This document shows positions 50,797 through 63,024 of a stretch of 64,000 nt of DNA, piece after piece. Below the pieces are notes generated by a model. It saw only the letters and a program-made list of their open reading frames with translations. It ran no database searches and was not told where the DNA came from. The stretch is from Tricharina praecox. Lineage: Eukaryota. The DNA is taken from contig NW_026250411.1 in NCBI RefSeq assembly GCF_024521635.1, forward strand, positions 186,001 to 250,000, read 5' to 3'. Positions within the stretch are counted from its first letter, which is position 1. Each line of letters begins with the position of its first letter. The translations under genes were made by a program, and so were the position numbers.

Positions 50797-52528
50797 TTTT
50801 TGTTTTTTGTTTCATCATCGTAGCATTCGACCTTTGCAGATCATGGCTGTGTACACGACCGGTTCCACCCCACTGTCTCCGACCGCTGGCCGCGAGCCTG
50901 ATGTGGGTTCCCTATTACCCTCCGCCCGGCCCCTCCGCGCCTAACAAAGGGAAAGACAGAAAGAAGTAACAAATGAGATGACAAAAAGGAACGGAAAGGA
51001 AACATGTCAGTCTTTTCTTCACACCCGCCTCACAGCCTCCTAGCTAACTCTTCCAGCCTGTCTAACGCCTTATCTCTTCCTGCATATGCCGGAATCTCCG
51101 GCCGACTAGCCCGTACTCTTTCCTCTGCTCTTGCTCTCACCGCGTCCCAGTCTATCACTCTGCCCGGGGCCCGAGATGGTGTTGGGGGGGGGGGGGGAGA
51201 AAGAGAAATTCCCCAGCCTGTCGCCTCTCTTCTGCTGCCACTACTCTTTCCGTCGTTGCCGCTCTCGCTCCTTCTCTCACTTCTCCTGCTATGGGGTAGG
51301 TGGGATCTGCCGCTGCCGCTGCCAAATCAGAAGTCTGGCTCAGAAATTCTTGTTGCGCTTCCCCAAGGGGGGCACCCGGCGGCCCACATCAGTGGTGGTG
51401 GTGAGGAAGTAAAGGACGGCCTTGCTGCACTCTTGGTTGGCAAAGAGGTCCCTGATCTTAAACCTATCCTTCCCTCGGCCAATCTTCTTTCGCACCTCTG
51501 TCCACAGGATCTTCTGTTGCTCCCTCCACTGCGTGCAGTTCTTGAACAGGTGTTCCCGGGTCTGGGTCTTGTACCCGCACCACCAGCACTCTGCCGTCGG
51601 TCGGTTTTTCGTCCATGCCAGGTGTTGGCCTGTCAGGGCGTGACCAGTTTTAAGCTGATAGTATCGGGCGGCGACTCTCTTTCCGCTATCCGCAACTGTC
51701 ATGTCCCAGCTCTGCGTCTTTGGGACACTGTATTTCTTGCCCTTCACTTTGCCCCTCGCCCACTCGAGAGAGTCTGCCCACTTCTTTTCCGTTGCTTCCA
51801 TTTTGAGGCTGGCGAGGGATCGAGGTTCCGGCCCTTTGCGTGATCCGCCGTAGGTAGTCTTTCTGGGCCATTCTATGTCTCTGCTTCCGGGTCTTTCTGT
51901 TGCGTGCTTGGCCCATTCGTCCGCCTTCTCATTGCCCGGAATCCCTTTGTGGCTCGGGCACCACCTGACCTCGACTATAGTTTCCCTCCCCAGCTTTCTC
52001 CTACTCTCCACCGCCTGTCTCGCCCACTTCTGGCCCGGCCCTGGGTTGTCGTGAGACATTCTCTTCACTGCCGCCTGTGAGTCTGTGTAGACAACAATCC
52101 TTTCCACCTGTGGCCTCCATGCGCCTGCCACCGTGATGGCTCGTGCGATCGCCGCGCATTCACAACCATACGCCTTCTGGTCCTTTCCCATGTGCCTCTT
52201 GACGCCCATCCATCCCGAGGGGCCTTCCCATACCGCCGAGTAGCCGCACGCGCCGCTCTTGAATTTCGAGCCGTCCGTGTAGATGGCCTTCGTTCCCTGA
52301 GGGGGGTTCGCTCTTGCCGTTTTTTCTGCCTGCACTGGCTCTTCAATTGTGCACTGGATGCTTTCCTCCTCTGTTCGTACAGGGTAAAGTGCCTTTGTCA
52401 CCTCTTCCGATTTCGCCGTGAAGCCGAGAGTGTTGTTGATGTTCCAACCTATCGAGGTGACAGAGGTTTGTATTTTGCTCGCCTGTTCTGTCTCAGGAAG
52501 TGATCGCAGCCGGATGCCCCATCTTCGA
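50797..52528 (-). mobile_element. 5'-truncated LINE copy 3 (Tad/I-group-like) with RNase H domain, CCHC motif, C-terminal tail, 3' UTR and (CAAAAA)n tail; frameshifted at homopolymer runs
   Basis: Exact 14-bp TSD TAAAAGGACAGTGG (50783-50796 and 52529-52542). RNase H motifs IYTDGS, ECAAI, YTDSQAA and WCPSHKGIPGNEKADEWAK; QLKTGH...CWWC...EHLFKNC zinc motif. Confidence 0.95.
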
Positions 52529-53302
52529 TAAAAGGACAGTGGAACGTAGCAGTGACACCGGAACATGTAATGGGCACTGCGATTCGCGTGATATCTCGTA
52601 TTGCCATCCTACGGTAAACTAGTGACTAGTTCTACTAACTAAACCCACAGCAGATTCCGCACCCTCCATCCACCCATCCGTCCCACCACAAACACCATGA
52701 TAACAAGTCTACCTCAACTATCACGAAGAAGAAAAGAAGAAAAAAAAACTACATACAAGTGAGTAAAGTAAATACATCCCATCCAATCCATCCCCTATCC
52801 CCATCCCCATCATCATCCCGCCTGCCAGTCCGTCCCAATGCAAACACCCCCAAATATCCTCATCCCCCACCCTACCAAGCAAATGCAAAGAAAAAACAAA
52901 CGCACATGTATAGATACGCCAAACCAATTGCCCCCCCGCAAAAAAAAACGAACATCAACACAAAGCAGAAACAGAAACAGACCGAAACACCAAGCTCCCG
53001 AGCAAAAAATAGTAAACATGCAGGTGAAAAGCCCCCTCTCTTCCCTCTCCGATCCCCCTGACTAGGCCTGTATCGATATCCTACCGGTACCCTGTGCCAA
53101 AATACAGAAAAGAAAAGAAAAAGAAAAGAGGTGGAAGATGAGAATTAAGGAAAGGAAAGGAACGAAAGGGATGGTAATGTGAATGCAAGAGACCCCCTAT
53201 TAAATGCTATAACCACCGTCTGGTCTCCCAAGAAATAATGAATGAAATCAGAGAGCAAGAAACCAATTAGAAATCGAGGATGCGGGGGGAAGAAATGCCA
53301 TG

Positions 53303-54650
53303 CTAGGTAGCACAATACATCCTCCAAAGTTCCCTCGCCTCCTTAACACTCATGAACTTAACTCCGAGATCCTGCACGTGATAGTACACATCGGTCACTA
53401 CCACAACCTCACTCCTCAATACACTCTGAACGAACAGACACAGCAGCTTGACAAGCCTGTTCTGTGCCTGCCTTGCGCCCATCGTTTCCGCAGTCCGCAC
53501 ACCGTTGGCCAGCACGCCGTGCACAAGGTGTACTATCTCCCCGTTGCTGAGCAGCTGCGTCTGGGTGAGATCGTTTAGCATCTCTAGGGAGCCGAGGGTG
53601 ATTGGGAGAAGTTCGAGGGAGCCGAGGAGTTCGCGCCGCTGAGATTTGTTGCCACTCGAAAGGAAGAGGGAGACGAGGCCGCGGGTGAGAGTTGGGTTGG
53701 TGGAAAAGAGATTGGAGAAGGCGGGGGCCAACAGCAGTTCCAGCGGGATGGTGGTGAGAATAGATAGGTTCGCGCTGATGTGCGTCAAGAGGCGGTCGGT
53801 GAGGATCGGTGTAAGCTCCTCGCTCATGGCTTGAACGAGGATGTTGGCGATTTGGGCTTGGGCCTGGGCATCTTGCTGGTGAGAAGGAGTGGAGGGTGTT
53901 GCGGGAGTCCGCGTTGTTTCGGTGCACACCGAGGGAGTCTTGGAATATCGGCTGTCGTTCTGGCTCTCGGTGTAAGCTTGCGGCGAGTCGCCTACTTCTG
54001 GGCCATCCGAGTAGTAGTCTTCCTCGTAGATCCCCTGATCCAACAGTGCCTCCCGGAACGAATCGAGTTCTACATCGAAATCGAGACCACGCAACGCGAA
54101 GTCCTGCGGCGTTATCTTGGCCAACTACACTCCCATTAGCCTTCGTTCACCTCGTTCACCGCATTCACACATATCCACAGGAGAAACTTACATCCTCTCC
54201 CCTCTCACTCAAAATCCCCTTCACAAATGCCGCGCGCATCTTCAGCACCTGATCGCGTAGTCCCCACTCGCCCACATGGCCCTTCGCATACCTCTCAAAC
54301 TCTCGACAGCAACCGACCCAGTGCGCCAGACTCGGATTGAGAAGGATCGAGTATTCCTTGTAGAGGGAATACAGCAGGAACTCGGCGTTAAGCATGAAAC
54401 TGAGCAAGTCCTCGGCATCCTGATTTGTCTCGCCGTCCCCCTTTACCCCCCGGAGCTCATAGAGCCGCCGCATGGGCGACGACGAGGACGCAAGGAGTTC
54501 CAGTGTGTTGTGTAGTTCGCAGACGCGAGGGAATAGGGATTCTTCGGTGCTGAGCCGCGCCAGGAAGCGTGAAGACGTGACGTTGAACGGCGTGGTAAAT
54601 GTGAGCAGCCCGCTGAGGAGGTCGGCGGAGAGGTGCGCGGTTGAAGTCAT
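53303..54650 (-). CDS. CNOT11-like (DUF2363-type) CCR4-NOT subunit protein, 426 aa; exons 54650-54192, 54124-53303
   Basis: The C-terminus QNRLVKLLCLFVQSVLRSEVV...YHVQDLGVKFMSVKEARELWR resembles the CNOT11 C-terminal domain as I recall it (QNRLVRLVCVFLQSLIRN...); canonical GTAAGT..GCTAAT..TAG intron. Confidence 0.78.
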
Positions 54651-55430
54651 TCTGCTGCTACTGCTGCGACTATTGTCGTGGGGTACGGTACATTGACTAG
54701 GGGGGGTGTGTGAGGTGAGTGGTCGTTCGTCGTTCGCCGCGGGTAGAGAACGGTTGACGGCGGGAGGTGTCGATTGGTTTCCGGTGCGTGTGGGTTTTGT
54801 TCGAGTAGCGAAGCTCGACAGGGGTGGCAGGCTCGATGTTTAGCGACGGCAGGGTTATGTCCGAGCGGAGGAACGAGACCAGTGCAGATATCAACAGCTC
54901 CCACCAGAACGACGGTGATATGACGGGCTCCAGCTGCCAGACGAACTTAGATGGAGAGAAAAGGCGTTATGAATCCCAGAATTACTTTCGACGATGTATG
55001 TAGCAGTTAAGCAGGCGAGCGGCAACCACCTAAAATGTGCAATGATGTGTAGCTTACGATCACCGCGGATAGCCTGCAAGCCGTCCAGCGTATTGAAGAT
55101 CCAGAAGCTTATGGCGCCGCAACTTCCATCCGCATTCGCAACACCAGTTCAATAGCGATTTAGTCATGAAGTTGTAATCCAACTTATTAGGAGGCGACAA
55201 GATGATACAAACAAATCCCATCCCTATGACGGAAGACAAGAAACAGCATAGTAGAGTACAACTTCCATCCACAAAGCGCCCATCCAACAGAGAAAACGAA
55301 ATAAAGGAACCCGTAAAGCAAAGAAAAAACAGTCATTAAAATCCGCTTGTCATTCATCATCGGGAAAGGAAAAAAGTCTCTCTTTTCCCCGTCTCGTCGG
55401 TCGTCATCACGCTTCGTATCTCATCTCCAA

Positions 55431-55888
55431 CTAATATTTGAAGATGATGTATCTGAAGTCGCACAGCTGTTAGCTACCCGTGCGGTACACGTAGGAAGGG
55501 GCCGGTGCGGATGTGGATACGTACAAGGCGTGTAGAATACCGGGAATGTAGCCCAAGCAGGTGAGCAGGATGTCTGGAAGGGAGCGTGGTTAGCACTACT
55601 GCGCGGGAGATCGGATTGTCAAAGAACCCACTCAGCAACAATGTTCCGGTACATCCAACCTCGAGGAACACACCGACGGGTGGCAGGAGGATGGCGAGGA
55701 GCTAGAGGGCACGTGGGTCAGCTCGGGAACGAAAGGTAACGGTGGAAGCGCGTGAAAGGCTGAAGGAACATACGATCTTGCAGATATCACTATAAAACGA
55801 AAGTTAGTCAACGTTAAACCAAAGCTGCATGCAGCGGGAGAGCGGCATCGCGTCGAGAAGTAAAAGCTTACCTAGCGGTGAAAGGCAT
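55431..55888 (-). CDS. PMP3: Plasma membrane proteolipid Pmp3, 57 aa; exons 55888-55872, 55789-55774, 55701-55632, 55573-55525, 55452-55431
   Basis: Spliced product MPFTASDICKILLAILLPPVGVFLEVGCTGTLLLNILLTCLGYIPGILHALYIIFKY; four canonical introns. Absent from the ORF track. Confidence 0.95.
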
Positions 55889-56903
55889 GACGGCGGTGAT
55901 GTGGGGTTGTTAGGTGGTTGGGTGGTCGTGTGTGTAAGTGATGAGTATCTCGAGGGTGAAGTTTCGATTCGATTGTGTTGTGTAGTGGTAGTGCGAAAGT
56001 CGTGGGATTGGACGGAACTTCCAATATATATACTTCGGATTGCTCTCTGTGGGGTATCTTAATGGGGCGTGTCTCGGAATGGTATGGAGGGAACACAAGC
56101 AGCTTTATGGTCTTGCTTGCACACGGCCTTGGTTTCTTCTTCGTTGCCGCGATACCATACAAGGTATGATGTCACCAACCACCACCCACCTTCTTCTTCC
56201 TCCGTGTCTTTCGCAACATCCCGAACACCACCACTCCACACTCAAGAGCCCTCAGCCACTCGGCGGACGTCATGCCAAACGTCGATTACTTTCAATCACT
56301 CTCCAGAACTGCTGTTGCTTACGCAGCAGCCACACATCGCCGGCACTGCGCCTCTCAAATTCCTGCCTTCTGCCTCACACTTCGCAATTGCCAAGGCCCT
56401 GGGCGGATGTCCGGCAACGCATACGTAACGGGCGACCTGTTGGGAAAAGTGTGCCTTGTGATCTAAGCGGCGTGTGATATATACGTTCCAACATGTGTGG
56501 AGTGTGTTGGGTCTTGGAAGCATCGAACGGTTTTCGTCCGCTGCAGAAAAAAAAGACACACGACGCGTGGAGCCTACAAGTACAGAATGCCCAGCTTCCA
56601 TTTGCCTGCAACCACGCATTCGTGTGTGTGATTGCCATGCAGCGGCGCGGCGATAACTAAAGCCTGTTCCACTTAACGTTACAATGACGCACGCACCCCC
56701 CCCCCTACCCCCTGGTCTGGATGTTGTGAATAAGCCCGGCCGAAATTAGAGTAAACAGACGGCCGGAGGTGTCGGATCCGGCGCTGATCCGGGGAACCGG
56801 TGGAAAGGAAGATTGCCGAGAGATTGCATTGGGTGATTGTGAGTGATGGCTTGTGATGTGCATGTGTGTCTTCAGATGGGTATCAATATGGGTATCAATA
56901 TGT

Positions 56904-57706
56904 CTACAGTCTACTCTTTGTCCCCTCCTCCTCATCAAGCAACTTCAATCCCACCACCCTTTCCAACTCCTCCACCGCTTCCCTGCTCTTCCCAATACTT
57001 ACCTTCACCGTCTTCCACCCGAGCCCAGCCGCAGCCTTCAAGTTAACCCCAATGTCATCCAAAAACGCCACTTGTCCGCCGTCCTCCACGCCCGCCAGTC
57101 TCATCGCCTCCCTATAGACCCCCTCCTCCGGCTTCCTCATCCCCGACTCCGCAGAGCTCACCCACACGTCAAACTCCCTTTTCAACTCGTCCTTCCCCTC
57201 CAGATACGGATGTTCATCGGGGTATCGATAATCATTCGTCAAAGCGCCGACCTTCACGCCGGCCTTCCTTAGCCGCCTTACCGCGTTCATCACGACAGTG
57301 TCGCGCGTCTGGCCCTTCGCCATCATCCGCCAGAAGAGAGCTTCGCCGTCGACCAGCGGCGGGGCTGCCGCCGTTACGGGAAGGCTCTTTGCATCGTGGA
57401 ACCTCCGCCAGGCAGTCGGGGAGCGGATGTCACGTGCGAACGCGGCGAAGAACGCCATGTCCAGCGGAATCTCGTTGCGCTCCAGACGTTGCCAGGCTCC
57501 TGTGGGTGCGCCCGCACTGATCGCGAAGTTGATGTAGCCCGTAGGGAGCGAGAGTGCGCGCTCGTACTCGGATATGGCGATCATTGGGGAGTGCACCTGT
57601 GCACGGCTGTGTTAGCTAGGGCTCGTCGCAATCGAAGGCGGGGAAGGCGTACGCAGACTCCGCCGATGTCGAAGAAGACGACTTTGATTGCGGATTTTGA
57701 GACCAT
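56904..57706 (-). CDS. HAD-superfamily hydrolase (soluble epoxide hydrolase N-terminal / ACAD10 N-terminal-like), 248 aa, C-terminal -KSRL; exons 57706-57653, 57596-56904
   Basis: Motif I VVFFDIGGVCV, motif II ALTN, motifs III/IV GMRKP...FLDDIGVNLKAA; GTACGC..GCTAAC..CAG intron. Confidence 0.9.
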
Positions 57707-58366
57707 GGTGATTGCGGGTGTGTGGGTGAGGGTGGAAGCTCGTGGTGGTTAGGAAGGCCGGGGTTTGAGGTTCATGGTGGGAACTTCGGTATGGAGGCCT
57801 GAGCCGAGGCATGCTACATGTCGGCCGCCGAAGATCACTCACCCCCTGAGACAGACGCCTACCAGCACGACGGAACCACAATTCATGACAATAAACAGAC
57901 AGAATGAGCGTCAAGAGTCATAGTCATTCAGTAGAAGTTATAAACGAAGAAGAAACCTCCATCCGCCACTCATTTAGAAGAGATACAAAGAAACAATGAA
58001 ATAAAATCTGATATGAACAACCCAAAAGAAGAACGAAGAAAAAAACCCCGAAGATATCATAATGTTGAAACAAGATTCTAAACCCAGCACGAGCGAATCC
58101 TTCCCCGTATCAAATAACTGTAGTCAAACACACACTCCATTATGACAGACAACTCCTCAGGCCCCATATTTCGAAAGCTACCGAGTTGGAGAAAAAAAAC
58201 ACAAACGCATACAAGAACTCCTTCCATCCCGTTTAAACCCGTAAACCAAATGCAGAACGCTCGAAGGGAAGACCACAACAATTCTCTTGGAAAGGTTAGA
58301 AAAGCAGAAAGATTAATTATGGAAGAGTTGAATCCCATATGCCGAAACAAAAATCATGATGATCGA

Positions 58367-60122
58367 TCAAGCCGGAGTGGCCGATAATGCGCCATTCATG
58401 CACTCGACGACCTAGTAACTTGAAATTAGCATGATTGCTGAAGAAAAGAGGCAGAAGAGAAACACATACCTTCTCGACAATGATGCCCTGGCCGACTAGG
58501 TAACGTCCTAACCGTTCCAGGACCTCAACCTGCTCTTGGGGCGATAAGCTGTTGATAGCAGTCTCCAGAACACTCCCAACGCTGGCGGCGCTGTTCACGG
58601 CGATGAAAGACTGGTAGTACAAGTATGCGAAGAATCCCATGGTGAACTGGCAGTCCATCCGGTCGGTCATACCACCATGGCCGGGCACCAGATCACCGAA
58701 ATCCTTGATCTTGAACGTTCGCTTCAACCCGCTCGCGAAGAATCCACCGAAAGGCGCAACGAGAGACGCAAAGGTAGCCATCGCAAGAATGTGGAACTGC
58801 ATGGGTTCGATGTTCAGGGTTGGGCCGATCAGCGGGTGCATGAAGAAGGGAAGATCGTAGGTGTGCTTCAAGAACACCGGGTTGGGTGTGCACTGGAGAC
58901 CTGTCCACGCATTCGCTCCAAGGTCCTTTAATTTTGTCAGCTTGGTCCTAAAGCGAGTGTGACGGCAGAGAAATGAGGAATAAGGAAAGCCAAGTCAGAA
59001 AGTGGAATGCTCCTCGTCGCGCGATGCGCTCAGAAGTCTAACATCTATAAAAATACACTAATCTCATCATGATGGCATAGGGAGTGGGGCTAGGCTGTTG
59101 GGAGTTGCGGCAACTAACCTTAACGGGGCAGATGAAGTACTGGTAACGCATCAGAATGTTGGTCATGAACATGCCGAATAACACGGTCATCCACCAAGCA
59201 CCGACGAAACCCTCAACAGTCTTCTTGGGCGAGATCTTGATCAACTGCGTGCGGCCGAAGGTGATTCCGCAGATATAGGCAAAAATGTCATTCGTAATGA
59301 CGAGTGACACCGGTAAGAAGAACCAAATCATTCCTTCAAAGATGTTGTTCATGATAAAGTGCGCCTGCACAACCACGAGGAACAGCGCCATGTGGCTCCA
59401 TGCAAATTGCGTGAATTGGAATTTGTAGTGGCCCTTCTTCAAGGATCCAACAAAGAAGACAAATCCTATGGCAGTAACAATCAGCGGATATCACGGTAAC
59501 AAGCAGGTGTGGCTCCGGGGCTTACCGATGATGTAGAGGATGAAGCTAATGAAGCGGTGATGGGTAGCGAAAGGAAGTAGGAACGCATCCACATAGACAA
59601 TGTGCTTGAAGTAGTAGATGACGCTCTCTCCGTACAGGAAGTACATGGTCGTCGCCAAAAAGTACCAGTTAAGGCTTTTGGTGAACTGTAGCTTCTTCTC
59701 TCGTGACGGGACATTTGCAATCGCAATCACTTCCTTGAACGTCATCACTTGCACCACCGTGACAATAGCCAGGATATACAGATGTCCGGCAGCCATCGAT
59801 CCAAAGAATATCGCTATCATTGCTAGAGTCCATATTGTTCGCGTTATGAACGTTTGCTTTTTTTTCTCGTAGTCCTGAACGGTGGATGTTAATAAGACGT
59901 GTCCATCGGGCTTTCACAAACGAAAGGAGCGCCTACCTGGGCAAGAGTAGTTGGTCCGGACTGTGATTTCGGGGGAGTCGACGGCACTACCATGTCGTCC
60001 TCCTCCTCCTCGTCGTCTTCACTCCCACTCGACATGTCATCTCGCCTCCCCTCAAACTCGCTCGATGTAGTAGTGGCCTGTGACCGTTGAGCAAACTTGA
60101 CATTTCTTCGTGGCTTCGCCAT
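58367..60122 (-). CDS. CDS1: Phosphatidate cytidylyltransferase (CDP-DAG synthase), 460 aa; exons 60122-59937, 59874-59526, 59465-59119, 58925-58470, 58411-58367
   Basis: SPKKTVEGF and SGLKRTFKIKDFGDLVPGHGGMTDRMDCQ signatures; all introns are canonical and in frame. Confidence 0.96.
58989..59076 (-). ncRNA. snR58: Intronic box C/D snoRNA, snR58-like (predicted guide for the 25S rRNA Cm663-equivalent)
   Basis: Lies in the unusually long (193 nt) CDS1 intron 3. Terminal stem GCCA/TGGC, box C ATGATGA (59070-59064), D' CTGA (59033-59030), D CTGA (58998-58995). The 14-nt guide ATAGATGTTAGACT is complementary to LSU rRNA AGUCUAACAUCUAU, and the D'+5 rule points to the C of GAGUC. Confidence 0.88.
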
Positions 60123-61390
60123 TCTGTATTCTTTGTTGGATGGCAGGTAGAGGGTGCGATGCGATACGATGCGATCGGGAGATGGCAACCCAAGGGAAGA
60201 CGGGAAAGAGACGTGATGCGCGTCCGGTACAGAAGGGAATGAGGAGAAGAAAGTAAAGAAGATCGAAAACTGGGGAAGTGGGAAGGCTCCGGGGAAGGCG
60301 GATATAACGAAAAGGAACTTGGCAGATGGTTGGGACTGCAAGTTCGGGTGTCGGAGGAATCGTTGGCCTGGATGAAATGCTTGCTGAGGAGATGTGCGAT
60401 GATGGATGAGGCTAGGGAGTCGACGAAAAAAAAGGACACTGACGTTGCTCGGTAGCGTAGAAGCCGTGCGGCGAAAATTTGGATAACGTAAAGAGCAAGT
60501 GCAAGTGCCAGCCACGGGCTTTGTGCGATGATCAGCCACACAAACGCTGCGTGGCCACAATGATCTGCAGATTGTTCGTTTAGAGCACCAAAACTCACCG
60601 TAGAACGAGTAACCTCTTGAAACCGAGAAAAGTCATATCGCTTCAATAGTTTCTGGGCCTTTTGCGGTACAGAAGCCAATTTTGAAGAAAAAAAACTGGC
60701 CCGAAAACTCTCGTTTTGGATGGATTTTGGCTGCATGCCCCCCGCATGAGACCAAAACTTTTTGAACACCGTGTGCCAGTCGGGCTGCGGGTTAAGAAGG
60801 AAGCAGCTAAAGGTCTTTAAAACGGTACTGTTTGCTCTTACGTACATATCCGCTTGTGTTTAGTGAGCTAAACAGGGTCTCGCGTAGTGAGGTTTTGATA
60901 GGATAGATGCAAACATTACAGATCGAGTGCTGTTCTATGAGCTCTATTCACTGTATGGAACTTCTCATGTGTCTTACTCTTAACATGTATGCTTCTTATG
61001 AAGTTGCACACTTCAAACCTAGATAAAGGGTTTGCCTGACGGCTCGCTCCTAACCATTCTATGCACATTATGCATATGCATCTTTCATCGATTGACCAGG
61101 AAGCATAACCTACACACAAACAAGCCTTGGGATACACATCTGATACATGTAACTGAAGTTACGTTCTCCGATGTTGTGGAGAATACGATTCTCGCCAATC
61201 TCAGACATTAATATGACGCTTCGATTGATACTATATGAAGACACCATACCGAGGAAACTTGGATGCCGTTTAACTTTGGGTTTCTATATTATCAAGGTAG
61301 AAACGGTGATGAGCAAAACACAACCAAATATACAAAAGACACCCAAACTCCATGCCCAAATTTTGATGCTCATAGTGTATAAATAGAGCA

Positions 61391-62582
61391 TTACATCAAA
61401 TCCCTCTTTCTCGCAGTTCTAAGAAACATGCAGGTTAGCACCATTACAACGTATCACCCGTAACCATCATAGAAAAAAAACATACCTGGTGTAGTTTGCC
61501 AGTCGCCACTCGTAGTCCGCATCCTTGTTGTCTACTGTACCGAGGCGAATTTCGAAGAGCTGTAAATTATTAGTACCCGATCGGGCTGTTATGGGACTGG
61601 TGGGCATTTACCTTCATCTCCATCCGTGGACCGACCTCGGCGAGTTCCACACTCTTGTATCCGGTCCTGACGTACACGTGGTGTCTCACGCTGATGTAGT
61701 CGCCGTCCGTTAACGCGAAAGTGATCACTCTGCTTCCCTCGTTCATCTTGGCAGCCTCCCTCGGTGGAAACAGATGCTTCAGCATGGTAACCACCCTCTT
61801 TCCCAGTGGCGTAGTGAATCCCTCGAAGATCAGATGAGGGTAACTCTCACTGACAGTTCCTTTTGCGCTATCTGGGATGTCGTGGCGGAGAACAACGTTG
61901 TGGAGGGAGAACATGGCTGTCGGACCGTGAGGAAAGTGCGAAATCGTGATCGACGTCGGCGTACCTCTGTGCTCGTGCAGCAGAACAAGGTCCGATGTTG
62001 ATGTAGAGTGACAGGACTGGCACAGCGTGGGAAGGACTGTGTTTCCACGGTTCAGGCGTATAGAGTTCGGTAGGAGAAGACGGATTTCTTTGGCGAACTG
62101 CATTAGACGGGACGACGGGTCGCGAGACGTCGTGATGATGATTTTAGGGTCCACGATTCCCGACAGCGCATCGTACTCGTCGTCTACAAAGGCCTCGTCG
62201 CCTTCCAGCTGCGATTCGTCGTACTTGAAGTCTTTTCGAAGCTGCGCATCATCGGCAATGTCTTTTTGCAATGGCTAGAAAGTTTGGCACTCAGTGATCA
62301 GAGCCTGTCCGTATATCAAGGAGCGGAATTGCGCAACATGGGCATACCTTTCCACTGGCAAGCGCTGCCTTCAATTTCGCTCGCTTTTCTGCAACCTGCG
62401 CATTCTGAAGCTCGAGCTGCTTGCGGTAGAGGAAGTCGCGCCTACATAATTAGCACCGTCGACGTTCAGTGCGGGGAGCGCCACATGTTGATACCTTTCG
62501 CGTGCATTCCGGCGAATCTATAAGCAGTTGCAGTTAGCATGGCAACCATAATCCGCATCTTCAACTCGATTCGACGTACCAT
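61391..62582 (-). CDS. IMP4: U3 snoRNP protein Imp4 (Brix domain), 294 aa; exons 62582-62580 (ATG only), 62517-62495, 62441-62348, 62274-61612, 61559-61486, 61418-61391
   Basis: [17 protein letters not shown]-terminus; [23 protein letters not shown] and ELAEVGPR motifs; five canonical introns. Confidence 0.96.
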
Positions 62583-63024
62583 TATTGCTGTGTGTGGTGG
62601 GGAGAAGTGTTAGTGAATGAGAGGCTCAAGTATTCTGTTTTTTTCTGCTGGGAAATTCCGTATCGATAGATCGTCCGGGTAAACTAATCGCAAGGATGGT
62701 GGGGAAAGGGTCTTTAGCAAAGCAGAGCAAGCATCAAGCGAAGAGCAACATTTCAACCTTCACCGAACTCAACTCTACTACCCCACCGCGTTTCACGTTC
62801 ACGATTTACAGCCTGTGAATTTAATACATATTCCACAGAATTTTCTAAAAGTATCCCAATCCCGGAACTCTGTCCTCTCCCTTCTCTTGCAACACAATTT
62901 CCCTCCCGCCCCACCGCCCCACCTGTGGTTTTGAGGTTGGTTGGACACCTCCGGACCTACGAACTCCACTCCTCCATTCCTCACAACACATCTGCGACAC
63001 ATAGCGTACCTACTCTTTGGGACC
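62583..63024. promoter_or_regulatory. Probable bidirectional promoter shared by IMP4 and UPF1
   Basis: Only 442 bp separate the two divergent start codons. Confidence 0.6.

Noticed and set aside
51184..51197. Programmed frameshift at the LINE poly-C run
   Set aside because: Copies 2 and 3 would need shifts in opposite directions and copy 1 is in frame here, which fits slippage or sequencing error.
51225..51345. Four clustered in-frame stops after the LINE RNase H ORF, suggesting RIP-like C-to-T damage
   Set aside because: An alternative frame (GEAQQEFLSQ...QAGEFLFLPP) is open and matches copy 2 conservatively. A single homopolymer indel explains the stops.
60575..60875. Possible MITE in the CDS1 promoter, and the 286-aa ORF 59987-60847
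   Set aside because: The inverted ends match only weakly, there is no TSD, and the ORF has no homology signal and overlaps the CDS1 5' region out of frame.
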